Shown in pieces: positions 9,079 through 17,592 of a DNA stretch of 32,000 bases. The position numbers and the translations under genes are program-made. The DNA lies in contig NC_006576.1 of NCBI RefSeq assembly GCF_000010065.1, positions 570,001-602,000 of the forward strand, in the 5' to 3' direction. Under the pieces are notes generated by a model. The model was given only the letters and a program-made list of their open reading frames with translations, had not been told where the DNA came from and did not search any database. The stretch is from Synechococcus elongatus PCC 6301 (GTDB lineage: Bacteria; Cyanobacteriota; Cyanobacteriia; Synechococcales; Synechococcaceae). The first letter of the stretch is position 1; every line of letters begins with the position of its first letter.

Positions 9079-10833
9079 ATGCAACCTGTCGATTACACCA
9101 CGTTGGTCGCGGTCTGCCGGGAACTCCAAACAGCGGTTGTGCCGGCTCGGCTCGAACAGGTCTATCAACGCGATCGCTTCAGTCTGTCTCTCGGTCTGCG
9201 GACCATGAGCGATCGCCCCTGGCTGTTGCTGTCGTGGCATCCAGAAGCTGCGCGACTGCATTTAGATACGCCGCCACCCCGCGATCCTGACACCTTTACT
9301 CTCAGTCAACAGCTGCAAGCGGTGTTGAAGGGATTTGCCCTGATCGATCTGCACATTCCACAGCCCTGGGAGCGCATTGTGACGCTCTCCTTTGGCGATC
9401 GCCCAGGAGATCCGCCGCGCTTTCGGCTGTTACTAGAGGTGATGGGCAAGTACAGCAACCTCGTCCTCGTCAATGGCGACAGTGAGATTGTGACGGTGGC
9501 GCATCAGGTCAGCGATCGCCAGTCGCGCTTGCGCACGGTACGCACGGGTGAACCTTACGAGTGGCCACCAGCGCTGACGACGCCAATTCCCGATTTGGAT
9601 GAACCCTTCGATCGCTGGTGCGAACGCCTACAACTCGTGCCAGGACGCCTCGATCGCCAGTTGATTCAGTGCTATCGCGGCCTCAGTAGTCGCTTGGTGC
9701 AGCAGCTTTGTCGTCAAGCGGATTTGGATCCGCAGCAGAATACAGCAGCGATCGCCCCGGCTGCGTGGCAGCAGTTGTACGGGGCTTGGCAGGATTGGTT
9801 GCGAGGCTTACAGGCTGAGACTGCTTTTCAGCCCCAGTTGCAAGAGTCGGGCTATCGCCTCTTGCCCACAGGGCCAGACTCTGCCAATAGCGTCAACGCG
9901 GTGATTGCCACCTACTACGATCGCCAGCTGCTCTCGCAACAATTTCAGCAACTCCGTCAGCAACTGTCGCAACGATTGCAACAACAGCAGCAGAAACTGC
10001 AGCAAAAACAACAGGATTTTCAAGGTCGATTACTAGCGGCGGAAGATGCCGATCGCTGGCGGCAGCAGGGCGATTTGCTGATGGCTTCCCTTGATCAGTG
10101 GCAGCCTGGCATGGAGTCTCTAACCTTGCCAGATTTTGAGACGGGCAAGCCGCAGCAGCTTCAGCTCGATCCGGCCTTGAATGCGGTGCAAAATGCCCAG
10201 CGTTTCTATCGCCGGCACCAAAAAGCCAAGCGATCGCGGCAGGCGGTTTTACCGTTGCTGGCAGAAGTAGAAGCTGAACTACGCTATCTCGACAGCATCG
10301 CGACGGCTTTAGCTCCGCTACAAACGGCCCAGACCCGTGCCGATTGGTTGGCACTGCAGGATATTCGTGAGGAGCTGGCACAACAAGGCTACTGGCCTTA
10401 CAAGACCGATCGCCCCAGACCAACGCGATCGCAACCTGATTTTCTGCGCTACCAAAGCCCCAGCGGCTATGAAGTTTGGGTGGGGCGCAACAATCGCCAG
10501 AACGAAATCCTCACCTTCCAAAGCGCCACGGATTACGATCTCTGGTTTCACGCCCAAGAAATTCCCGGCAGTCACGTCCTGCTGCGCTTACCCGCAGGCG
10601 ATCGCCCCGATCCAGTTGACCTTCAGTTCAGCGCTGATCTGGCAGCACTCCACAGTCGCGCAGCTCAAGCCGATCAAGTGCCCGTCGTTTGGACGGAACC
10701 GCGCAATGTCTGGAAGCCAAAGGGTGCCCATCCGGGTATGGTGCTCTACCGGCAGGAGCGAGTGATTTGGGCTCAGCCCCAACAGCGGCGATCGCAACTC
10801 ACTGATAACGTAGCGTTATCAACCGCTAGGTAA
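9079..10833 (+). CDS. NFACT family protein (Rqc2/RqcH homolog, fibronectin-binding-like)
   Basis: 584 aa. N-terminus [41 protein letters not shown], central Gln-rich coiled coil ([28 protein letters not shown]), C-terminal NFACT-R-like [43 protein letters not shown]. Confidence 0.9.
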   Translation: MQPVDYTTLVAVCRELQTAVVPARLEQVYQRDRFSLSLGLRTMSDRPWLLLSWHPEAARLHLDTPPPRDPDTFTLSQQLQAVLKGFALIDLHIPQPWERIVTLSFGDRPGDPPRFRLLLEVMGKYSNLVLVNGDSEIVTVAHQVSDRQSRLRTVRTGEPYEWPPALTTPIPDLDEPFDRWCERLQLVPGRLDRQLIQCYRGLSSRLVQQLCRQADLDPQQNTAAIAPAAWQQLYGAWQDWLRGLQAETAFQPQLQESGYRLLPTGPDSANSVNAVIATYYDRQLLSQQFQQLRQQLSQRLQQQQQKLQQKQQDFQGRLLAAEDADRWRQQGDLLMASLDQWQPGMESLTLPDFETGKPQQLQLDPALNAVQNAQRFYRRHQKAKRSRQAVLPLLAEVEAELRYLDSIATALAPLQTAQTRADWLALQDIREELAQQGYWPYKTDRPRPTRSQPDFLRYQSPSGYEVWVGRNNRQNEILTFQSATDYDLWFHAQEIPGSHVLLRLPAGDRPDPVDLQFSADLAALHSRAAQADQVPVVWTEPRNVWKPKGAHPGMVLYRQERVIWAQPQQRRSQLTDNVALSTAR

Positions 10834-10984
10834 TTATCCCTAAATCCCTATGAGCTGAAAACGTAGCCACGATTACACTCTTGTTACACTTGAGTCATAA
10901 GGGTACTCCCAAGCTTTGCAGGGGCTGTCTGAGGATTGGGACCACAGCACGGCCACCCACCTGTATCAACTTCATTCAATCAGT

Positions 10985-11011
10985 AAGGTCAGCGCCAGCG
11001 CTGGCCTTTTT
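10985..11011 (+). terminator. Rho-independent terminator
   Basis: AAGGTCAGCG-CCAG-CGCTGGCCTTTTT: 8-bp stem (one G-U pair) extendable by A-T pairs, followed by a T run. Confidence 0.75.
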
Positions 11012-11118
11012 GTTCATCACTATTGCGAGCATCAATCGAATAGCAATCGTGCTGGCCCAACTCAGGCTATATCGTTACTGGATTGACACTCAATATTTCC
11101 CTTCTAGAAAGAATGGTT

Positions 11119-11136
11119 ACTCTCTGGAGTAACAGA
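11119..11136. terminator. Small inverted repeat GTTACTC-TCTG-GAGTAAC, possible minus-strand terminator of the TPR gene
   Basis: Perfect 7-bp stem. On the minus strand it is followed by CATTCTTTCT. Located just downstream of the TPR gene end. Confidence 0.3.
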
Positions 11137-11165
11137 CAATTGCAGGTCGGCATGATCAATGCAGC

Positions 11166-11637
11166 CTAGGATAGCCGGGCTGTGCATTCCAGAATCAAGC
11201 GTTGGTTGATCAGAGCGTAGGGCTGGATCTCAAGGGCGGCGCGAAAAGCAGTGATCGCCTCTCGATACTGACCGAGGGGCTGCCAAGCTCAATCCCTTGC
11301 CGTGCAAAGCCCCAAAGTGAATGGGGTTGAGGTCGATGACGCGATCGCAATCTTCCAAGGACTCGGAATAGCGCCCTTGCAAGTAGTGCAGAACCGCACG
11401 ACGGTTCCACGCTTCAGCAAAGTCTGGCAGTTGGTTAATCAAGTCACTTAAGAGTTGCTCCGCCTCTGCCATTTCACCAGCAGTCATCAGCACTTCCGCC
11501 CGCTGTAGCCCATTCAGACCATAGGTTCCTTTCTGGCGATACCAGCGCTGCCAAAGTTGCTGAGTGGCGCGATCGCGCACTTGAGGTTCAGTGTCTTTGA
11601 GATCCGACAGCAGCGCTGCCAAGCTAGGGTCTTCCAT
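11166..11637 (-). CDS. TPR-repeat protein, interrupted by an apparent single-base frameshift near 11289-11292
   Basis: ORF 11230..11775, likely start MEDPSLAALLSDLKD (11637). TPR-like AWNRRAVLHYLQGRYSESLEDCDRVIDLNPIHFGALHGKGL is in frame. The sequence then continues in another frame as AWQPLGQYREAITAFRAALEIQPYALINQRLILECTARLS to a stop at 11166. Confidence 0.75.
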
Positions 11638-11706
11638 CCGTGTCTTGGTGGGGTTGCTAGGTGCCCGGAGCTCAGCCGGCGTCGCCCACAGCTTATCAAC
11701 AACGAG

Positions 11707-12699
11707 ATGGGTGATGATCAGAGCGATCGCCTCCGCTGTGCGGGTTTGCCCTTGAAATTTCCTGTTTCGCTGCAACTAGCGATCGCCACAGCCCTGTGGG
11801 GTGGCACCTTTACGGCTGGTCGAATTGCGGTGCAGCAACTGTCGCCCTTGGCTGTCGCTTGCGGTCGCTATCTGTTGGCAACCACCGTGCTGCTGCTGAT
11901 TCTTTGGCAGCGAGAGGGCTGGCCCCCACTGAATCGCCGTCAGCAGCTATTGCTATTCGGCTTGGGCGTGAGCGGCATTGCCCTCTACAACTGGCTGTTT
12001 TTCATTGGCCTCAGCCTCATTCCCGCCAGTCGCGCGGCACTGATCATTGCCCTCAATCCAACCGCGATCGCACTGGGAGCGGCGATCTGGACTGGCGATC
12101 GCCTGCGATCGTGGCAGTGGGCTGGGGTAGGTCTGTCGTTGATCGGCGCAATCCTGCTTTTGGGTAGCCGTCAGGCTGGAGCACTGACGCTACCGGGCTG
12201 GGGTGATCTGGCCTTAGTTGGCTGTGTCCTCTGCTGGACGGTCTACAGCCTGCTAGCTCGACAGGCCCTGCGATCGCTCAGTCCTCTGACCGTCACGACT
12301 GGTGCTTGCTGCTGGGGCAGTGTTTTGCTGATCGGACTCTGGCTTGGGCAAGGGGCACAGCTGCCAGTCAACGTCTCGTTCTCGACTGGATCAGCGATCG
12401 CGTTTCTCGGTCTGGGTGGGACTGCCCTAGCCTTTTGTTTGTATGCCAATGGCATCGAGCGCTTGGGGGCAGCGCGGGCCGGTCTGTTTATCAACCTTGT
12501 GCCCGTGTTTGGTAGTGCGATCGGAGCGCTGTTGCTGCAGGAACCGCTCTCGGGTTTGACGCTACTCGGGGGCTTGCTGGTCTTGGCAGGGGTCGGTCTG
12601 GGTACGTTGCAGCGATTGCAACCGGTACCAATCTCAACGACAGAACCAGTGGGAGGCGATCGATCACCGGGCCCGCCAGCCCTTGGGCACGATCGCTAA
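11707..12699 (+). CDS. EamA-type (DMT superfamily) transporter
   Basis: ORF 11557..12699, with the real start likely 11707 or the TTG near 11746. Multiple TM segments; LAIATALWGGTFTAGRIAVQQLSPLAVACGRYLLA, AALIIALNPTAIALGAAI, GTALAFCLYANGIERLGAARAGLFINLVPVFG. Confidence 0.88.
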   Translation: MGDDQSDRLRCAGLPLKFPVSLQLAIATALWGGTFTAGRIAVQQLSPLAVACGRYLLATTVLLLILWQREGWPPLNRRQQLLLFGLGVSGIALYNWLFFIGLSLIPASRAALIIALNPTAIALGAAIWTGDRLRSWQWAGVGLSLIGAILLLGSRQAGALTLPGWGDLALVGCVLCWTVYSLLARQALRSLSPLTVTTGACCWGSVLLIGLWLGQGAQLPVNVSFSTGSAIAFLGLGGTALAFCLYANGIERLGAARAGLFINLVPVFGSAIGALLLQEPLSGLTLLGGLLVLAGVGLGTLQRLQPVPISTTEPVGGDRSPGPPALGHDR

Positions 12700-12718
12700 G
12701 ATCAGGAAAAACGCTGCC

Positions 12719-12964
12719 GTGATTGATGCGTTTAGCGCCGAGCCACCGCCCTGGGCTAAATCAGCCCGTCACTCCCTGACTTTTAGCTGTCCGGTCTGTG
12801 ACGCTTCGGCACGGGCCGCAGAGAGCGCCTGGATCAATCGCCGATCGCCCGTCTATGGCTCCGACGGCCGTCGCAAATGGCAAGAGTTTTATCACTGCAG
12901 CTGTGGTTGCAGTTGGTGGAGCTGGAGTAGCGATCGCCCTGCTCCGTCAACTGAGGAGTCTTGA
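12719..12964 (+). CDS. Small Cys-rich (zinc-ribbon-like) protein
   Basis: ORF 12683..12964 (start ambiguous; in-frame GTG at 12719). SCPVCDASARAAESAWINRRSPVYGSDGRRKWQEFYHCSCGCSWWSWSSDRP has CxxC and CxCxC clusters. Stop codon is 3 nt before the next start. Confidence 0.65.
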   Translation: MIDAFSAEPPPWAKSARHSLTFSCPVCDASARAAESAWINRRSPVYGSDGRRKWQEFYHCSCGCSWWSWSSDRPAPSTEES

Positions 12965-12967
12965 CCA

Positions 12968-13756
12968 ATGGCAACCCCACTCTGGCAAACGATTTACAAC
13001 AATGCAGTGCTCTTGCCCGAGTCGCCCAAGGCAATCGTGCATTTCTTGGGTGGAGCATTCATTGCAGCTGCGCCTCAGGTGACTTATCGCCGCTTGTTGG
13101 AAGGCTTGGGCGATCGTGGTTTTGCGGTGATTGCCACGCCGTTTATCAACACCTTCGACCACACGACTCTGGCCGATGAGGTCGGCCGCAGCTACCGCTT
13201 AGCCTACGAGCGCCTCCTCGCCTTGGGGCTGATATCGCCAGAACTGCCGATCTTTGGAGTCGGTCACAGCATGGGCAGTAAGTTGCATTTGCTGATGGGT
13301 TGCGCCCAAACCAGCGATCGCCGTGGCAATGTCTTACTGGCCTTCAACAATTACTCAGCGCGGCGATCGATTCCGCTACTGGGGCAGTTAGCACCAGCGT
13401 TGGATGTCACGGTCGAGTTTTCACCTTCGCCAGCTCGTACCCTGCGCTTGATCCGCGATCGCTATAGCGTGGCGAATAATCTGCTGGTCAAATTCCGCAA
13501 TGACGAAATTGACCAGACCCGCGATCTGATTGGGGCATTACGCGATCGCTTCCCTGAAACGAGTGAATGGCTGCGCCTGTCGGGTAATCACCTGACGCCG
13601 GTGGGGCAATCTCTGCCGCAGCAAACCGGCTTGGCTTGGTTGGATGGCGTTTCGCAGTTGGCCAGTCGGGAGTTGGGGCGTGATTTAGAGGTTGTGACGA
13701 CCGCGATCGCGGACTGGTGCGATCGCCAGCTCACAGCGCCGGCAACGGTGGTCTAG
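12968..13756 (+). CDS. DUF1350 family protein (alpha/beta-hydrolase-like)
   Basis: 262 aa. AIVHFLGGAFIAAAPQVTYRRLLEGLGDRGFAVIATPFINTFDHTTLA ... GVGHSMGSKLHLLMG ... LLAFNNYSARRSIP. Confidence 0.85.
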   Translation: MATPLWQTIYNNAVLLPESPKAIVHFLGGAFIAAAPQVTYRRLLEGLGDRGFAVIATPFINTFDHTTLADEVGRSYRLAYERLLALGLISPELPIFGVGHSMGSKLHLLMGCAQTSDRRGNVLLAFNNYSARRSIPLLGQLAPALDVTVEFSPSPARTLRLIRDRYSVANNLLVKFRNDEIDQTRDLIGALRDRFPETSEWLRLSGNHLTPVGQSLPQQTGLAWLDGVSQLASRELGRDLEVVTTAIADWCDRQLTAPATVV

Positions 13757-15074
13757 CCGCGAATAATTGACGGACGGCAGTGCGATCGAGTTTGCCCTGG
13801 CTCGTGCGGGGTAAAGCGCTGCAGTTCAGCCATTGCTTAGGGTGCTTGTAGGGTGCAAGCTCCGGCGCGATCGCAGCTTTGAGTTGTTCCGGCGTCACAG
13901 CTTGTTGCTGAGGCACATAGGCTGCGGCCACCACTTCCCCCCAGTCAGGATCAGCCAAACCCACAACACAGACTTCTCGAACCAGACCACTGTTGTAGAG
14001 CACCGTTTCTACTTCCAGTGGCCAAATTTTCTCGCCACCACTGAGGATGCGATCGCCCTGTCGCCCCAGTAAAATCAGGCTGTGATCCGCTGACCATTCG
14101 CCACGATCGCCGCTCTGCCAAAAGCCCTGGGCATCGATGATCGGCTCTACTTGGCCCGGCCCCTGCCAGTAGCCCAAGGCCAAACTGGGGGATTGAATCG
14201 CTACGGTTCGATCGGCATTGAGTTGGATCATGACGCCCGGTAGCGGTTTTCCGACGCCGCGAGAAACTGCCAAAAACTGCTGTGGGAAAAGAACGCTAAT
14301 GAAAGCAGCCGTTTCGGTCGCGCCGTAGCAAGGCGCGATCGGGAGTTGTAGGTTCTGCGCCTGCTGGAGCAGGGTCGGCCAAGCTGGTGCGCCTCCCAGC
14401 AAAATCAGCAATCGCTGCTGGAGCCACTGCGATCGCAGCGGTAACAAGCGCTGTAACTGAGTCGGTACCAACGACAGGACAGCCTCAGAACAGGTTGGCA
14501 AGCATTCCGCGGATTGCAGCTCGGACCAAGGCAGCAGCCAGAGCGGGCCACCCGTCACTAAACTGCGCACCGCCACCATCAAGCCGCTGACATGGTGCAG
14601 AGGCAGGCTACAGATGCCTGCGATCGCTTGACCGTCAATTAGGGGCGATCGCTGAAATGCCAAAGCAGCTGCCGTCAGTCGCTCCCAAGTCTGCACCGCA
14701 AAGCGCAACCCGCCACTACTTCCTCCCGTCGCAATGCCAATCCAGCCCGTCTCAAGGGGATCGGCAATGCCCACAGAAGTCGCGATCGGAGCCTCGCCCC
14801 AAATCTGCTGCGGCTGTAGTTGCGTGGCGATCGCCTCCCATTCCTGCCGCCGCCAATGTGGGTTACCGAGGATGACCGGCCAACCAGCACTGACGGCTGC
14901 AATCCAGTCAGCAAGATAGGCGATCGCATCTGTATGAACGATCAACACCCGCTGAGCTGGACGTCCTTGCAGACTCAGCCAGCGCTGCTCTGCCAACTGT
15001 CCAAGGCGATCGCCCTGACCACTGGCTAACCAATCGGGTCCCCAGCAGGTCAATAGTTCTAGGGGTGTTGCCAT
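13731..15074 (-). CDS. menE: o-Succinylbenzoate-CoA ligase (AMP-forming)
   Basis: ORF 13731..15101. TGWIGIATGGSSGGLRFAVQTW (P-loop-like), PCYGATETAAFISVL, GRQGDRILSGGEKIWPLEVE, YKHPKQWLNCSALPRTSQGKLDR. Adjacent to menC. Confidence 0.87.
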   Translation of the reverse strand: MATPLELLTCWGPDWLASGQGDRLGQLAEQRWLSLQGRPAQRVLIVHTDAIAYLADWIAAVSAGWPVILGNPHWRRQEWEAIATQLQPQQIWGEAPIATSVGIADPLETGWIGIATGGSSGGLRFAVQTWERLTAAALAFQRSPLIDGQAIAGICSLPLHHVSGLMVAVRSLVTGGPLWLLPWSELQSAECLPTCSEAVLSLVPTQLQRLLPLRSQWLQQRLLILLGGAPAWPTLLQQAQNLQLPIAPCYGATETAAFISVLFPQQFLAVSRGVGKPLPGVMIQLNADRTVAIQSPSLALGYWQGPGQVEPIIDAQGFWQSGDRGEWSADHSLILLGRQGDRILSGGEKIWPLEVETVLYNSGLVREVCVVGLADPDWGEVVAAAYVPQQQAVTPEQLKAAIAPELAPYKHPKQWLNCSALPRTSQGKLDRTAVRQLFAARPPLPAL

Positions 15075-16009
15075 AGGGCTGCTGCGGTCTTGCTCTCCCA
15101 ATCATCGGTAAACCAAGCGGTAGTTCCCAAGCCCTGGGCTTGATCGGCTCGCCCCAGTTGCGCCGCGATCGCGGCAACCGCTCGCCAACCAATGGGACTT
15201 TCAAACATTGATGAGACCACGACGGGCAGGTGATGCACCTGACAAAACTGCCGGACGGTTTGGGGCCAGCCCGCGATCGCCGGTTTGAGGACATAAAGTC
15301 CGGGCCAGCCTTGGGCCTGCCAAAACTGCAGGGATGACAGCTGACTCACTGATTCATCCAACGCGATCGCGACCAGCGGCCAGTCCTGCACGAGTTGGAG
15401 AAGGTCATCGACTTGACTAGGATCCAGCGGTTGCTCTAGCCACTCAATCCGACCAGACCGACGTTCGTTAATCGCAGTCAGCACTTGTAGCAAGCGATCA
15501 GCTTGTGCTTTGGTCAGACCGCCATTGGCATCCAGCCGCAGCTTTGCTGCTGAGGGTAACAGGCGATCGAGTTGCGGAAGAAGATCTAGTTCGCTTTCCA
15601 GATCCAGACCGATTTTCCACTTGTAGGTGGTGGCAGGCGATGCCGTCGCGATCGCGGTCAAAGCAGCAGCCCCAGCAGGTAGCAGCACCGCACTGGTCGG
15701 GAGAAAGTCAGTAGCGTTCGATTCCCGCAGGCAACCAAAGCCAAACTGACAAGCTGGCAGCGAGTCGGGCGCCGTGGCGAGATCCTCCCACTCAGGGTCT
15801 GGGGGAAAAGCCTCGCAGAAAGCGATCGCCTCTGCCAAAGTCTCACTGCCGAAGGAGGGCCAAGGCGCAATTTCGCCCCAGCGGACTTCCGTGTCGGTTT
15901 CGAGGCGCAACCAAATCCCCAATCGCACCGTGATCTGGGCATCCCGCGCAGTACGGAGGGGTTGCCGCAAGCGGCGCTGATAGGGCCGAAACGCGAACCG
16001 AAAACTCAT
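15059..16009 (-). CDS. menC: o-Succinylbenzoate synthase (enolase superfamily)
   Basis: 316 aa. YKWKIGLD, KLRLDANGGLTKAQADRLL, RIEWLEQPLDPSQ, VAIALDESVSQLSS, LKPAIAGWP, VVVSSMFESPIGWRAVAAIAAQL. Confidence 0.88.
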   Translation of the reverse strand: MSFRFAFRPYQRRLRQPLRTARDAQITVRLGIWLRLETDTEVRWGEIAPWPSFGSETLAEAIAFCEAFPPDPEWEDLATAPDSLPACQFGFGCLRESNATDFLPTSAVLLPAGAAALTAIATASPATTYKWKIGLDLESELDLLPQLDRLLPSAAKLRLDANGGLTKAQADRLLQVLTAINERRSGRIEWLEQPLDPSQVDDLLQLVQDWPLVAIALDESVSQLSSLQFWQAQGWPGLYVLKPAIAGWPQTVRQFCQVHHLPVVVSSMFESPIGWRAVAAIAAQLGRADQAQGLGTTAWFTDDWESKTAAALWQHP

Positions 16010-17505
16010 CTACAGCGTCCATAGAGCTGCGAGAGTCGCCGCAGGCGTTGGGCACGATCGCCCGTCAGCCAGTCGGCACTGAAGCGCCAGTCCCAGTTGC
16101 CGGTGGCTTGCCCCGGTCGATTCATGCGGGCGCTGCTATCCAGCCCGAAGACATCTTGGAGCGGTGCGATCGCCCAATCTGCCGTCGAGCTCCAAGCCAA
16201 GCGGATCAGCTTCCACTCAATTTCCCAGCCCGACTCTGCGCCCAGATAATCCAGCACCGTTTGGCGATCGCTGTCATTGCGGGACAGGAACCAGCCGACG
16301 GTCGTGTCATTGTCGTGGGTGCCGGTGTAAGCCACCCAGCGACGACCCCAGTAGTTGTGCGGTAGATAGGCATTGCCGGCCCCAGAGTCAAAGGCGAACT
16401 GCAGAATCTTCATGCCCGGCAGCTCAAAGCGATCGCGCAGCGCTTCCACCTCCGGCGTAATCACACCGAGATCCTCTGCCAGAATCGGTAGCGCTCCCAG
16501 TTTTTGGCGAATCGTGCTCAGCAGATCAGCGCCTGGGGCTTTGACCCACTCTCCGTCGATCGCCGTTTCTTCACCAGCGGGAACCGACCAAAACGCCTCT
16601 AAACCGCGGAAGTGGTCGATGCGAATGTAGTCCACTAAGCTGAGGAGCTGTTGCAGCCGTTGCAACCACCAGCGATAGCCATCCGCCTGCAGCGCAGCCC
16701 AGTTGTAGACGGGATTGCCCCAGAGTTGGCCGGTTTCGGAGAAATAGTCAGGCGGCACACCGGCCTGCTGATCAACTGCGCCCGTTTCAGGATCGAGGGC
16801 AAAGAACTGAGGATTGGCCCAAACGTCCGCACTGTCATGAGCGACGTAGATCGGAATATCGCCAATCAGCGAAATATGGCGGGCTTGGGCTTCTTCCCGC
16901 AGGGCCAACCACTGCTCGCGAAATTGCCACTGCAGAAACTGCTGGAAGCCAATTTCGCCGCCCCAGCGATCGCGGGCTTTAGCCAAGGCTTGAGGTTGCC
17001 GCTGACGCAGCGCTTCCGGCCATTCTGTCCAAGGCTGACCTTGGCTAGCCAGCTTAATCGCCATGAACAGGGCGTAGTCATCCAGCCAATGGGCTTCCTG
17101 TTCACAGAAAGCTTGAAAGAGTTGGCGATCGCTGGAAGCCGCTCTTTGCAGGAATTGGCTGTAGGCACGGCGCAGCAGTTGATCGCGATAGGGCAAGACG
17201 CTGGCAAAATCGACGCGATCGCTCGGAAAAGCAGGACAGTCTGCCCAGTCCGATTCTTGGAGCCAGCCATCTTCTGCCAAGAGTTCAGGGCTGATCAGAG
17301 CGGGATTGCCAGCCAAGGCGGAATAGCAGAGGTAAGGCGAATAGCCATAGCCTGTCGGCCCAAGGGGCAACACTTGCCACAGTTGTTGTCCCGCCGTTGC
17401 CAACCAGTCAAGAAACTGCCGCGAGGCCGGACCAAGGTCGCCGCTGCCGAATGGCCCCGGCAACGAAGTGGGATGTAACAAAATGCCGGCGGCTCGTGTA
17501 AACAC
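16006..17505 (-). CDS. malQ: 4-alpha-glucanotransferase (amylomaltase)
   Basis: 499 aa. RAAGILLHPTSLPGPFGSGDLG, GDIPIYVAHDSADVWANPQFF, VDYIRIDHFRGLEAFWSVP, ILAEDLGVITPEV, GTHDNDTTVGWF. Confidence 0.95.
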   Translation of the reverse strand: MFTRAAGILLHPTSLPGPFGSGDLGPASRQFLDWLATAGQQLWQVLPLGPTGYGYSPYLCYSALAGNPALISPELLAEDGWLQESDWADCPAFPSDRVDFASVLPYRDQLLRRAYSQFLQRAASSDRQLFQAFCEQEAHWLDDYALFMAIKLASQGQPWTEWPEALRQRQPQALAKARDRWGGEIGFQQFLQWQFREQWLALREEAQARHISLIGDIPIYVAHDSADVWANPQFFALDPETGAVDQQAGVPPDYFSETGQLWGNPVYNWAALQADGYRWWLQRLQQLLSLVDYIRIDHFRGLEAFWSVPAGEETAIDGEWVKAPGADLLSTIRQKLGALPILAEDLGVITPEVEALRDRFELPGMKILQFAFDSGAGNAYLPHNYWGRRWVAYTGTHDNDTTVGWFLSRNDSDRQTVLDYLGAESGWEIEWKLIRLAWSSTADWAIAPLQDVFGLDSSARMNRPGQATGNWDWRFSADWLTGDRAQRLRRLSQLYGRCR

Positions 17506-17592
17506 GGCGCAACTCCAAGGGGCAAGACGTTTTCAGCGTACCCGCAGGCGTTGACCGATCGCGGCCGGTTGCTGCTGGGCTCCCCACCAGAC

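Noticed and set aside
9943-10023. CAG/CAA-rich repeat-like stretch
   Set aside because: It encodes the Gln-rich coiled coil ([26 protein letters not shown]) of the NFACT protein. The repetition comes from codon use, not a DNA repeat or CRISPR.
9893-10423. 176-aa minus-strand ORF within the NFACT gene, plus neighbouring antisense ORFs
   Set aside because: Shadow ORFs of a well-supported coding region.
10911-11011. Possible 6S, SRP or tmRNA gene
   Set aside because: I looked for the SRP GGUCAGGUCCGGAAGGAAGCAGC core, the Yfr1 ACUCCUCAC motif and a 6S-like architecture and found none. Kept only as an unclassified sRNA/terminator candidate.
16651-17478. 275-aa plus-strand ORF antisense to malQ
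   Set aside because: malQ on the minus strand has all amylomaltase motifs. The opposite-strand ORF shows no family signature.
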